Assembly: GCA_951406725.2 (NCBI GenBank)
Contig: OX597819.1
Location: 16,926,001-16,990,000 of the forward strand
Direction of reading: 5' to 3'
DNA from: Octopus vulgaris
Taxonomy: Eukaryota
Length of the DNA: 64,000 bases
Made by a program: the position numbers and the translations under genes. Each line of letters begins with the position of its first letter. Within the stretch, counting starts at the first letter, position 1. The notes under the pieces were generated by a model. That model searched no databases. It was not told where the DNA came from and worked only from the letters and a program-made list of their open reading frames with translations. Below, one piece after another: positions 41,964-56,003 of this stretch.

Positions 41964-44521
41964 ACACATACACACACGCACGCTCAACCTCCCATTGTAC
42001 CAATACCAATTCGTCTTTATCTTCCGTCAGTCTCTCTCTCTCTATATATGTGTATGTGATATATATATATATATATATATATATGAATGTATGAATATAT
42101 GTATGTATAAATTAACATTGACTTGATCCTAGTTTCCACAGTAACGGTCAACCAACATATGGCAGGAATTATAACCAATTGTTGCAGACAATTCTAGAAC
42201 ACATTATATACCAAGGACATAACAGTATTTCCCATTCTACACAATGTACATTTCAAATTACCTCATTTCCAGTTCAATCCATTCACAAACCCCACTCCTA
42301 CACAATTATTAGTCTTAAATAAATAAATATGAATAAAAAAATAAAAGCAATAAACAAACACCATAATTTTATATCTTATATCAAAGATCGGTTTTATGAA
42401 CCGCAATTACTAAATATGGCAAGCATTTTAGCAATAATTAAATAAACATAAACACACACAAACACACGTGCAGCACACACACAAACACACGTGCAATATG
42501 CGAGCACACACACATGCACAAACAAGCAGTCGCACGTATAATTAATCATACAAACCTTCACACACTTTTATATGTTTGTTTGTATATGAATGTATTTATT
42601 TCCATCTGTTCCTTCATATCTCCCATTTCTTCCCATTTCCTAGTCTCTCTGAACATAGATAGGTTAATTTAATTATTTACACACACACACACACACACAC
42701 ACACTCTCTCTCTCTCACACACACACATGTAGAAACCCATCCTGCCGCATAAAAGCGACGCGCATTCGCATTCTTTCATATTTGGCATTACTTTCTCTGT
42801 CTTCTCTCTCTTAGTTTAAACATACATACATAAATTCAAACAGCTATATCTGTACATTTTCATACACGCGCGTACGCACACACACACTCACATATAAATA
42901 AGTAAATAGATAAATATACATACAAACGTACAAATGAAATCATGCAAAAATAAATACATTCAGAATGATTGATGAAAATGCAAATATAGCACACTCATAA
43001 AGCTCTCTCTGCATATACATTTTATTACTTAATGTATTATTTGTTTGTATCAGGTTGAGTAAAAAGTAAACAACGTTTTGAACCATGAAGAATTTGCACC
43101 GGACTTTTGCAAAGTTTTGAATTTTTAAAACATTTTTTTGCTTACAAAGAATAAGTCCCGGGGTCGATTTGCTCGACTAAAAGACGGTGCTCCAGCCTGG
43201 CCGCACTCAAATGACTAAAACAAGTAAAAGAGTAAAGGAGTAATTATCTGATATATGCACATAGACTTGCTCTAATGCATCAATAAATTAACATAGATAT
43301 AATTTTCTCACTGTTGTTACATTCATCTGAAATGGAACTATCAAAGTGCGATATGTGTATGCAAGATGTGCCGGGAATTTAGGACTAAAATGAAGCCCAA
43401 AGAAGAATAAAGTAACAACACGAAAAGCAACGTAATTGCAGAAACACGGCAGGGATGTTCCATTGCATTTCAACAATGAAACAGACTATTCATCAAAACC
43501 GCCCTAAACTATGATAACGGCTCTGACACTACCACGAAAGTAGCAAAAGATCAGATTGCCTTCGTTTATGCTGCCCATCAAACTCTCGGTTGCAGCTCCC
43601 AGCGAATTCTTGGCACCATAGAACTGCCAGCTCATCAAATATCTCAAGACAACACCAGTAACGCTGAAATCCATGTGTCTAAGATCAGAATGCTACGAGG
43701 TTTCATGGTGTTGGAGATAGGGCTCAGATGACATGGTTTTCTTGGGAAATAATGGATATAAATTGCTATCCTCTCATTATATAGAATTTGTATTCGATGC
43801 CTTCATTACACGCCTGGCAGTGGACTGCCACCATGAGCTGATTGGTAACGGATCTTTAATGGAGTTCATATGGATTTACTGAATCAACTACATCGAATTA
43901 AACGATGCCTGACAAGTGAGAATACATCTTTCTTTTGGTCACGTTTGACCTGTCTTTATTCGAGACCTCTAGCTCTTTTGTGATCTTGAAAACAAAGGAC
44001 GTGGCCACGTTCCAAAAGGTGGTGATATCCAAGTACAGTGTGGCTTTTCATTTCCTGTTTCATATTGAAATCTGGTACAATGTTACTGTTTATACGTCTG
44101 GTAAAAAATAAGAGAGAAATACCTCGGAAGTTAAAATTGGGTTCGTACTGCACAAAATTAAGTTATTAGATCGTTTTCAGTTTGTAACTTACTAAAATTT
44201 GTTGACAGATACTCCTTCATCACACACTCACTCACTCACTGTCTCTTTCTCTCTGTTTCTTCTTGTATGTATGTAGAAGAAACATGAATTTAGACTATAA
44301 TTTTAGTCTCTCTAAGTGAAATATTTACATAAGATAGCAAGTGCTATGAACATATAACTATGTGAAATACCGAAACAGGAAGGAATACATCTGAAACACA
44401 CCACATAAAGAACATACGAAATGTTTATCACAAGTCGTCTAGATATTCCAGGTGTGATTCACTTAGTTACTTGTTTAGACGTAGATTAAATTTAGCAATA
44501 TAATTTTAAGACACCTAAGCA

Positions 44522-45522
<1,001 letters not shown>

Positions 45523-46067
45523 TATATATATATATATATATATACACATGCATAAATGTATATACACATACATGTATATATATACACATGCATAAATATA
45601 CACACACACGCGCACACATGCATAAATGTATACATATGCATATATATATATAAATAAATAAATAAAATGTTCGTCCTTCGGTTCGAAGATGACCAACTGA
45701 CATCATCTGATGGAACTGCCGCCATGAGACCTGAGGTGGCTGGTGAGGCCAATCCGGGCAAGGAAGCCCCTCCCACAGGTGGGGCAGAAGTGGGTAGGGG
45801 CCGTGCTACTGGTGCAGTAGCACGGCCCCTACCCACATCATATATATATATATGATGGCCATAAGTTTATATCATTTGTTTCCTACGTACACTTCTGTAT
45901 TTGCTTTGCATTTCATAACCAGTAATGTTACCGAAGAGTAACCAAACCACTGTACTGGAAGCAGACTGGATGATGAGAGTCAACGTATAGCTCTGAACAC
46001 AAAATCCATCTGTATTCAGGAGATACACTATCTATCTATCTATGTATCCATGTATATATGTGTATAC

Positions 46068-46098
<31 letters not shown>

Positions 46099-46175
46099 TG
46101 TATGTATGTATGTATGTATGTATGTATGTATGTATGTATGTATGTATGTATGTATGTATGTTTGTTTGTATGTAT
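46068..46175. repeat. (TATG)n microsatellite
   Basis: Direct inspection. Confidence 0.97.
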
Positions 46176-47054
46176 GCATCTATCTATCTATCTATACGTA
46201 TGTACATACGTACATACATATATACATATATACGTGCATACATATATACATACGTGCATACATTACTACGTACATACATACTCTTATACACACATATATG
46301 ACCGAAACATATTCATAGTTGTGTATTGTCTTGATTGGCTGTATTGAAATGATAAGTTAATATCTTCTCCTTAATTGATTAGTTGAATTCTTGGTACACA
46401 TTAAGTCTATCAGCAGTAAATGTATACTACATACAGTCTATGTACTGTGTACAATATATGTACTATATGCTCTCTATTCATGATATCTTGTGTACAATAT
46501 ATGCTGTACTTAGCTTTTAACAGGGTATATCCAAAGATTTTCGTCGTCTCTATACTCATAAATAAATTAATAAAATTTATTAAAGTTATTTAATACATAA
46601 GGTAGTCATAAACATCTGTCGATTTTTTTACAACCTCACCATGGTCAGAGAAAGAGAAATGGATTGGACGGCTGTTTCAAGTATCAGGATACTCTCTTCA
46701 TAATTTATGAGTGCATTGGCGGCTGAAATTAATGGGTATACTCTATTTAAAGTTTAGCATGTAAAATAAACACTGCAAGCACGTGAGTAATTTACGTAAC
46801 AGAACTAACTGCTGAAAATGTGTCAAATATTCAAATCAGTTTACCTGACGTTGCAACAGGGACTTAAAATGCAATTTCGCGATGGCGGTTAACAAAGCAG
46901 ATGGTGACGAGAGTGTAATGGTACTTGAATTGTGAGGTAAAAAAAATGATAATCGTCTGGGACTATCAAATATATCTAATATGTAAAGATTTAACTAATT
47001 CATTACCTAAGTATTTATGCAATAAATATATATTCATTATATACTACATACAAT

Positions 47055-47225
47055 CAGGGCCGTCCGAGCAGTATTTTAAACCCCCGAACAAATTCATGCC
47101 TCTGAGCTCTATAGTATTTATGTATTGATCGCAAACCATAATATACATAGATTAGAATTGGGCCCGTATATCTATGAGACCCACGGGCAACTACCCAATG
47201 GCCTCCATGGCTTAACACGGTACTG
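47055..47225. mobile_element. hAT (Tip100-like) MITE, 171 bp
   Basis: TIRs cagggccgt / acggtactg; 8-bp TSD catacaat / catgcaat. Confidence 0.85.
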
Positions 47226-47566
47226 CATGCAATATATATTATATATATAAATATATAGACTATACACACTCACCGTGCACTCAATATACTATGCTTTAAT
47301 TATTCTACAAGTTTAAGTCATGGTCATGTAGGACACTGACTTCAGGCTATATTAGATAATCAGAGGAACCTGAATGCTCCATTCAATCACGTTCTTATTT
47401 TATCTTTCAACTATAATTTTGTCATAGCACAGGGTTTTTGAACTGTCGTTCTATGTCGAAAAGAAACACACACACACACACACACGTTGCCCCTCTGCGC
47501 CACCTTTTGCATTCTATCTATCTATCTGTCCATCCGTCCGTCTGTCTGTCCAAATATATGTATATG

Positions 47567-47658
<92 letters not shown>

Positions 47659-47661
<3 letters not shown>

Positions 47662-47861
47662 AATATGATATGTGACAATTATTCGGTTGCCATAAGACTC
47701 CGAGTTTCGGATGTCGAGGCGGGAAACTGCTCCGGCATCTCGTCAATTATCGAAGCAATCTCGTCGATAACTGATGAGATACCGGTGCAGTTTTCCGCCC
47801 CGACATCCGAAACTCGAAGTCTTATTATGGCAACCAAATAATTGTCACATATTATATTACA
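47659..47861. mobile_element. Palindromic MITE-like element, about 200 bp
   Basis: Arms of about 95 bp tgtaatatgatatgtgacaattatt... / ...aataattgtcacatattatattaca around an 11-nt loop; mismatches mostly transitions. Confidence 0.85.
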
Positions 47862-49069
47862 GGTACGTTCCTCTATTTACATAGTATCGAGATCCCATTC
47901 ATTCTTTTGTTGTCTTACCATTACTATTAATATATATATATGTATTGTTGTATTTAGGAATGGTCATTTTGCCATTCCTAAATACAACAATATCTGTTTC
48001 AACACACGATTTCACGTCAACATTCTTGCAAAACAAATATATATACGGACATAAAGGCTTGCATACACACATGACACACACACACATACACACACGCTCG
48101 CTGGAATTTTGAACAGTTTCCGTATAGGAAATTCCATTCACGTGTGATTGGTCACCCTGTGGAGAAAGCGAAAAGTAGCTGCCGAATGTGCCGCGTAGTG
48201 GGATCCATAGCTAGAATTACGTACTGATTTACCACACAAGCGTAATTTTTCCTAGGCAAAAATAAATAGCTAAAAAAAAAAGACGTTATTGTAGACATAT
48301 CTGTTCATAGATGTACTGGATTTTGGCTGACCTGGGATAGCAAATACAACTACAACAACAACAATAACAACATAAAAACTACGATAAAGATGGAAGAGTT
48401 AGGAGAATATTTCTTCAGATTTGTTACGTGAAACATCAGTCTGATAAGACTAATCTTGAAGTTGAAATATAAATACAAGAAAGAAAACACAAAAAGTACG
48501 TAAATGGAGGGAAAAGAAACATTAAAGAAGCACAACCAGAAAAAAATGGAAAAAAATGATTTCCTGTATTTTTATGCGAAGACTGAAAGATCCAGTAAAT
48601 GACATATTTGGCAAAATTCTTGAAATGACTGGTTTGGTAAAACACACCAGAGAAATTACAGGTTATCACATGTTAAAAAAAGATTTATAGATATTTGCAT
48701 TCACCCACTCAATACACACACATTTTCACTCATTCACTCCCATTTAACTTTGCATACACATGCACACACATACTCACACATACACACACACACATACACG
48801 TTGACACAGACATATTTTCACACACGTTTTTGCATAATAACATATATATCCATGCATGTACAATAAATATATATACATACATATATGTACACTCACCCAC
48901 ACATGTATATGTATTTCTCTGTCCCTGTATGTAAACACAGAATATGTCTGTGTGTGTGTATATATGTGTGTGTGTGTTGTGTATGTGTGTGTGTTGTATT
49001 TATAAGTGTGTGTGTCTATGTATACACATGTACGTATGCAAATGCTTGTGTGTGTGTGTGTTGATAATA

Positions 49070-49450
49070 AATGCTCATCCACTCTGTAAATGAAGATGAG
49101 CTTAAACAGACGTATTCTCTTCTCCCGTGAGAATCTGTCATGGCATCTAACAATATCAGAGACTTAGAAGAAATTATCAACAACAACCTTAACTGGAGAA
49201 CCCATATCAACGATAAAGATGGTCTGAGGGGTGAGCTCTTCGATCACCAGGACTTTCCGATCTATATTTTCACATATCATCCACTCATTCACTATATTTG
49301 CATATTCTCATCTACAGTAGTTACCCCTTACGGTCATCTCAAGCCAAACAAAATATTATGAGAATTGAGGAGCCTCAGATAGCAATTACAATAAATAATT
49401 AAATGGCTTTCAGACTTTTATTGCTGAAATTGCTTCAAAACACTCAGAAC
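49070..49450 (+). mobile_element. Old CR1-like LINE RT 3' fragment
   Basis: NIRDLEEIINNNLNWRTHIN (RDLGV...L.W..HI motif) and a downstream RIE..Q..IT motif. Confidence 0.6.
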
Positions 49451-49624
49451 CGGTTACAGAAAGTAGAGCCATCACCGATTTGTTACGACGTTTCATATAC
49501 GAATATGTCTAATGTAAACACTGCGATCGTAATGTGTATCTAACTACTTTTTCGTCTTCCTTTTTGACTATTCGTGGGTCAGAGGAACATGTAACATTAA
49601 CTATATAGCACATGTGGTGCATCC

Positions 49625-49812
49625 TGTAGACCACCACTAAGTCCGGTCTGTTATGCTCTAACACCTGAGGATGTTGTTAGTCTCCAACTCCGCCACTCTC
49701 AGAGGTTTGTGCTTTTACCACTTCTTGCCTCTCTCTAGCCACTTTTCGCAATTTCCAACGTAACACTTTCGCTACCTGATCATATCGCCACAACTTGTAT
49801 TGTTTTTTTTAT
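49625..49812 (-). mobile_element. R4/Dong-like LINE fragment, second family
   Basis: Minus strand QYKLWRYDQVAKVLRWKL...VLEHNRPDLVV; homologous to 63155-63345. Confidence 0.75.
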
Positions 49813-49842
49813 GTCAGTTAGGAATGACGGAGTTTTGAAAAC

Positions 49843-49843
49843 A

Positions 49844-49911
<68 letters not shown>

Positions 49912-49918
49912 CATCATT

Positions 49919-50007
<89 letters not shown>

Positions 50008-50011
50008 TATT
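49843..50011. repeat. (ATT)n(ATC)n microsatellite
   Basis: Direct inspection. Confidence 0.97.
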
Positions 50012-50013
50012 AA

Positions 50014-50217
50014 GGCGGCGAGCTGGCAAAATCGTTAGCACGCTGGGTAAAATGCTTAGCCATCTTTACTTTCTGGATTCAAATTCTGCCGAGGTCGAAT
50101 TTGCCTTTCATCCTTTCGGGGTCGATAAAATGAGTACCAGCTGAACACTGGGATCGATGTAATCAATTAACCCTTCCCCTTAAATTTAGGCCACGGGACT
50201 ATAGTAGAAAGTATTAT
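50014..50217 (+). mobile_element. Family A SINE
   Basis: Head ggcggcgagctggcaaaatcgttagc through tail atagtagaaagtattatt. Confidence 0.9.
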
Positions 50218-50219
50218 TT

Positions 50220-51442
50220 TTGTCGCGGCGAAGCTCCTTACTTTCTTTTGGCTCAGTTTCGGTCTTATTCCTGGTAGGATGTATGTGGGTACCAGGTTAC
50301 TACATGTAACCTTAGATATCTACAAGTTTCCAGCAATCTTTCAAGTGTTTAGAACCCTCCTGATAGTCCTTGCTATCCCTAAGACACAAAATTTCTGTAG
50401 GTGCTCTACTGGGTATTATATTTTAATCTCCGTCAGCCATTTGTCCCCATCTTTGCTTATTGTTCCCAACACCAATTATAATAGGTACGACCTTTACTAT
50501 TCTAATGCTCCAAATTCTTCCTATTTCAAATTTTAAGAGATTGTATTTTCATTGTATTTCTTCCTCTTTCTTTACGAACCTGGTATCAAACGGGCATAAC
50601 GGGTCGATTAGTAAGCAACATTGCCTTTCCTCACCAACAATTGTGACGTCTGGTCTATTATTTACTAACTTCCTGTCCGTTTGAAAAGGAAAGTCCCACA
50701 AAATCTTACATTTCTCTGACTCCAGTACTTTTTCGAGTCGATGATTGCACCATGTTTTTCCAGCTTCAAATCCCCATTTCTAGCACAATTTCCAGTGTAA
50801 AACTTTGCAACCTGGTCGTGCCTCCATTCTGCGACAATGTGTGCCACTATCTAGTTCCAATTTCCTCAGGCTCTAATTTTTTCTCTATGTATAAATATTT
50901 TAAAGTTGTTTGTTTTAATTGCTTGATCTTGGGCTGCTACAATTAGGCTCACTGTTTCTCCATTTTTTAAAACCGAATCCAGGGTTTTGTTCCACATACT
51001 TCTTCAGTGGCTCTCCAAAACTGACCATGCAGAAATCTGTCTGACATGTTCTCTTTGATTTAAATTTTTTTCATTTTCTTCTTGTCCTTTTCTCCTATTA
51101 CGCGCTTCATCACCTGTAATTTATTAACTGTTTTTAGTAGTTTTTCTGTGCTACTCTTTAAATATTTTATTAAACTTTTTCTTTCCATCTGTACACATTC
51201 TTCTACTGCTATTAAGCCTCTTCCACCTTGATCCCTCCCCAAATACAGCCTGATGATATCAGTTTTCGGATGGTGGGCTCCAATAAATTGTCAATAACTT
51301 TTTAATTTTTCTGTCAAGTTTCTTTATAACGTTTTTGGTTCAGTCTATAATTCCACTTTCATACCTGGTTAAGAGTACTGCTCTTGAATTTGTTGTTTCA
51401 ATAAGAGTTTTGGAATTCAGCTTTGAATGCAACAGTTTTCTT
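50220..51442 (-). mobile_element. R4/Dong-like LINE 3' portion
   Basis: Minus strand RLYLGRDQGGRGLIAVEECV, RHDQVAK, LWDFPFQTDRKLVNNRPDVTIV, LQKFCVLGIARTIRRVL*. Confidence 0.88.
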
Positions 51443-51443
51443 A

Positions 51444-51918
51444 GGCGGCGAGCTGGCAGAATCGTTAACAGGCCGGGCAAAATGTGTCATTTCGTCCGTC
51501 TCTACGTCCCGAGTTCAAATTCCACCGAGATCCACTTTGCCTTTCACTCTTTTGGGGTCGATAAATTAAGTACCAGTGAGACACGGGTGGTGGTGGTGGT
51601 GGTGGTGGGGGGGTCGATGTAATTAGCTAGCTCCCCCTACAATTTCAGGCCTTGTGGCTATAATAAGTTTATTATTATTATTATTATGCGGAAAAAAATT
51701 ATAATAGGGCGGTGAGCTGGCAGAATCGATAGCACGTCGGGAAAAATGCTTAACGACATTTCGTCCATCTTCACGTTCTGAGTTCAAATACTGCCGGGGA
51801 TCGACTTTGCGGGGTCGATAAAATGAGTACCAGTTGAACACTGGTGCCAATATAATCGACTTAACCCCTCCCTGAAAGTGCTGGCCTTGTGCCAACATTT
51901 GAAATCGTTATTATTATT
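51444..51918 (+). mobile_element. Two adjacent family A SINEs (51444-51686 and 51708-51918)
   Basis: Both have ggcgg(c/t)gagctggcagaatcg heads, a B box and (ATT)n tails. Confidence 0.9.
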
Positions 51919-52490
51919 GTTGATGTTGTTGCTTCTTTTTGTATAAATTTTCATACAACTTCATATATATTCGTGTAATTATTAGTTTTACATGGTACCC
52001 TTGTAATCTCTTTCAAAACCCTTGAGACGGAAACAGAATATCACCAGTGCTACTACATATTAACATAGACTTGCAGTTCAGTCCTCTTGGTAGCATCAAC
52101 AACAACAACAACAACAACAACTACTACTACTACTACTACTACTACTACCTCTTTTTCGTGGCTATTGCTTAAAAGTATTTTTTTTACATTAAACAGCATT
52201 AATTTTTTTCTGTTTGAAAAAAATTACATTATCTCTAACAAACACATTTCCTTTAAATTATATGAATTAAATCTAACTTACAAAGCATTTTGACCAAAAG
52301 AATTACTTCCCATTTTGTAATCAAATTACTATAGACGACATTTCAAGTTTGCTTTTTTTTTTAAACCTCAAGTTGTAGTCCACTGCATAATTTCACTAGT
52401 ACTCAACAGACTTAATTTTAATTCAATGGTTTTATTTAAGCAAAACTTTCTTGTAAACTTTTTTTACTTATATTTTCTATTTTTATATAT

Positions 52491-52790
52491 TACTAACTTT
52501 ATCTAATATCTTTTTAATAGCTACATATTCAATTATTTTTTTACCCGGTTTTATACATCATCTTCTCATTTTACTACGAAAGATGTAGACTGTTTTTAAA
52601 ATTAAACTATTTGCTTCTTTTGTACCTATTTAATTACTTTCTCCACGTTTACACATTACTAACTTTGTCCAGTATCTCTTTAATAGCTATATATTCAATT
52701 ATTTTTTCTACTGGGCTTTAAGTCCAATCTACAATTTACCACTTAAGATGTACACAGATTTCAAATTCAAATTATTTGCATCCTTTCAAC
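52491..52790. repeat. Diverged tandem duplication, period about 166 bp
   Basis: tactaacttt...taatagcta.atattcaattatttttt at 52491 and 52657; partial third match near 53155. Confidence 0.75.
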
Positions 52791-53235
52791 GCTTTACTAA
52801 ACACGGTAGGTATTTGTTGATCTTTAAATTTAGTTATTCTCCTCATCCCAACTAATATATTTACGAAAATAATTATTCACAGCCTTAATTTATAAATTGG
52901 ATAAAGTTTACACAAATGTTTGTCAATAGAATTACTCTTCAAATCAAATTAACATAGATGGCACTTAATATTTGCATTTTAAGACCCCAAGATTTTTGAT
53001 AATTTTTTCGTCTGTTGCATAATTTTGCCAGCTCTATATAGATTTAATCATAACTCCATAGTTTTCTTCAAACAAATGTGCTTTTATAAAAAAAATGGCA
53101 TGCCTAATTATATTAACATAAATATATTTATATTTTCTAATTTTGCATATTAAGAACTAGCTATTCATTCAATTTTTCTCTGCTGGTGTATAAGGCGGTT
53201 TTAGTACATTATTTACTATTTCATTATTTAGATAC

Positions 53236-53378
53236 TTCATTTTGCTGAGGTCGACTTTACCTTCCATCTTTTCGAGGTCGATGAAATAAGTACTAGCTGA
53301 GCACTTGGGTTGAGGTAATCGACTAGCCCCTTCCTCCGAAATGTCATGCTTTGTGACATTAGCAGAAAAGATTATTTA
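53236..53378 (+). mobile_element. Family A SINE, 5'-truncated
   Basis: gaggtcgactttaccttccatcttttcgaggtcgatgaaataagtactag. Confidence 0.8.
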
Positions 53379-53884
53379 GGTACCTCAAACGTTTCATTTC
53401 TTTGGTACCTTTCAAACATGTACATAATGAACTCGTAGAACTTTCAGTCAGTCAATTCTTTTCTCTAAATGAATACATTTCAAATTTATCAGTGGATTAG
53501 TATATTTGATAATCCTTATTTTTATCAGCCACAGTACGAAGTATTTATTACGGGTGCTGGTCCTTTTCAGTAGATGTTTGACGACATTGCAGTTTGATCT
53601 GAAATTGTGTTCAGAGAGTATCGGTTATTGAAAGGGTTGATTTATGAGTTGCTGTATGGATTGGTGCAATTTAGGTGTAACATTATAGATATTTACCAAA
53701 AACATAATCAATTTAACTGCTACCCTAACTAACGAATTTATCGAATTTTACTAGAATTCAATACCTAGGGTATCAGCTGTCCCAAGAATACGAGAAAGAG
53801 GAGTGTTAATGCATACATACATGTGCGCGAGCACGAACACACGCATGAATATGTTTATACAGGTAAATGTACATATATGTGTGT

Positions 53885-53924
<40 letters not shown>

Positions 53925-53942
53925 TTATATATATATGTGTGT

Positions 53943-53989
<47 letters not shown>

Positions 53990-54350
53990 GTATGTATGTA
54001 TGTAGAAGTACATTTACATAGGTATATATGAGTATCTGTTTATCTATATGTATTATATATGCATATTCTCTAACGTGTATGTTTGTGAATATCTACACAC
54101 ACACATACACAACTATATATATATATATATATTTATACACGCATAAATGTTGATATACCTATGCGTGCATGATATGCAGATGTATTTAGATGCACACATA
54201 TACACATCTCTAACGCACGCACACGCACGCTCTTGCGTGCTTTTATGCATATATATAAACCTGCATATTTTACATTGCGTCAGTGAATGAGGTTGAAACT
54301 CTAGAACCACTGATCGATTCAATGAGGAGCGAAGAAGAAGAAGAAGAAGA

Positions 54351-54382
<32 letters not shown>

Positions 54383-55161
54383 GGAGAGCAGTTAGCAGGT
54401 AATGATCCTACTCATCATCATCATCATCATCATCATCGTCGTCGTCGTCGTCGTTGTCGTCGTCGTCGTTGTCGTCGTTGTCGTCGTCGTCGTTGTCGTC
54501 GTCGTCATCGTCCAACTGTAGAATATTCAAAATCCAGTATCTGAATATTGAGTTTGGATTGTGGAGTTTCTAAGAAACCCAACACGGTTATCTATTGATT
54601 TTCCTTGTTTTACTTGACGTTGTTGTTGTTATTGATGTTGATGTTTTGTAGTTGTTGTTAATGTTGAAGTTGCTGTCGATGTTATTGTTGGTGTTGCTTG
54701 TTGTTGATGTTATAGTTGTTGATTTTTCTCTATGTTGCTGTTGACATTCTTGTAGATGTTCTAGATATTCTTGTAGTTATTGCGGTTGTTGTTGTAAGTA
54801 TTGTTGACATTGGTGTGGTTGGTAGTATTGTCGCTGATGTTGCTTATCTTCTTTATATATTTGCTTCGAATATTGTTGAGGATTCAAAATATTATTATGA
54901 TTTTCTTTCCTTCCCCCACCCAATTGCAAATTAATATGCACAAAATTACTTTCATTAAAAAGAGTAATTTGGAAAAAAAATATATGGAACTAACCACAAA
55001 AAAGGGACCCCCAAACAAACAAATATTGAATAATTAATTTTAAAATTGTATGTGATAATGTTCTAAATTTGAATTAAAAAAAAAAACGGTGTAATTTGAG
55101 AAATTATCAACTTGGATTTCTTGTTTCTGTATCTTATGTATGTATGTACATATGTTTATGT

Positions 55162-55712
55162 CAGGTCACTTTCGAGTGCTACTGGTAACATGTAACCCAG
55201 TACAACCTGTTGCATGGTCGGGTCGTCGGCGACTAAACCGGCAACCCCACCAAGCTTGCTTGGTGAGGAGGGTGTTTATTGGACACCCTGCGGGATGAAA
55301 AACAAAGCCCGTCAAAGGACGGAGGAACTCTTGAGAGTCAACGGCCATCCAATAAATGTCTTAAGGCTGTATCATGCGCGGGGACATAGAAATAATCGGA
55401 CTGAATACCCGATCGCGCGGTTAAACCATTGGGAGTAAAGGACTTCTAGCCTTTGTTAGGGCATCCTTCTAGGAGAAGGTAACTCAGGTAACTGGGATAA
55501 CTCCGACGTAAAACCTGCGGCTCAGTGTTTACCGATGATGTTGACTTGTTCTTCTTTTCGGATTATGGCTGCTGTTGCTTAGTCAGTGGGATTAACTCAG
55601 TGCACAGCCTTTACTCACTTTAAAAAAAATCTTCTTGCACAGGCATTGCACAAAAACAACATTGATTAAGCTTCGTGCAATGGCCATACTCGATAACGAG
55701 GGGGCAGTCACC
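55162..55712 (+). mobile_element. Non-autonomous RTE-derived element (5' UTR fused to 3' end) within (TATG)n
   Basis: RTE 5'-UTR-like gggcatccttctaggagaaggtaactc at about 55458; RTE-like 3' stem-loop ctcg-ataa-cgag; no ORF with RT or endonuclease motifs. Confidence 0.7.
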
Positions 55713-55755
55713 ATGTATGTATATATGTATGTATATATGTATGTATGTATGAATG

Positions 55756-55789
<34 letters not shown>

Positions 55790-56003
55790 TGTATGTATGT
55801 ATGTATGTATGTATGTATGTATGTATGTATGTATGTACGTACGTGCGTATGCATGTATATACACGTATATATATATATATATATGATGTATATATATATA
55901 TGAAAGTAAATATGAAAAATATATAAACATGAATATGTATTTATATATATATATATGCACATGTATGTATGTATGTATGTATGTATGTATGCATGTATGT
56001 ATG

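Noticed and set aside
46620-46930. Possible enhancer (TAAT and E-box motifs in non-repetitive DNA)
   Set aside because: Short motifs are expected by chance; this cannot be supported without conservation or chromatin data.
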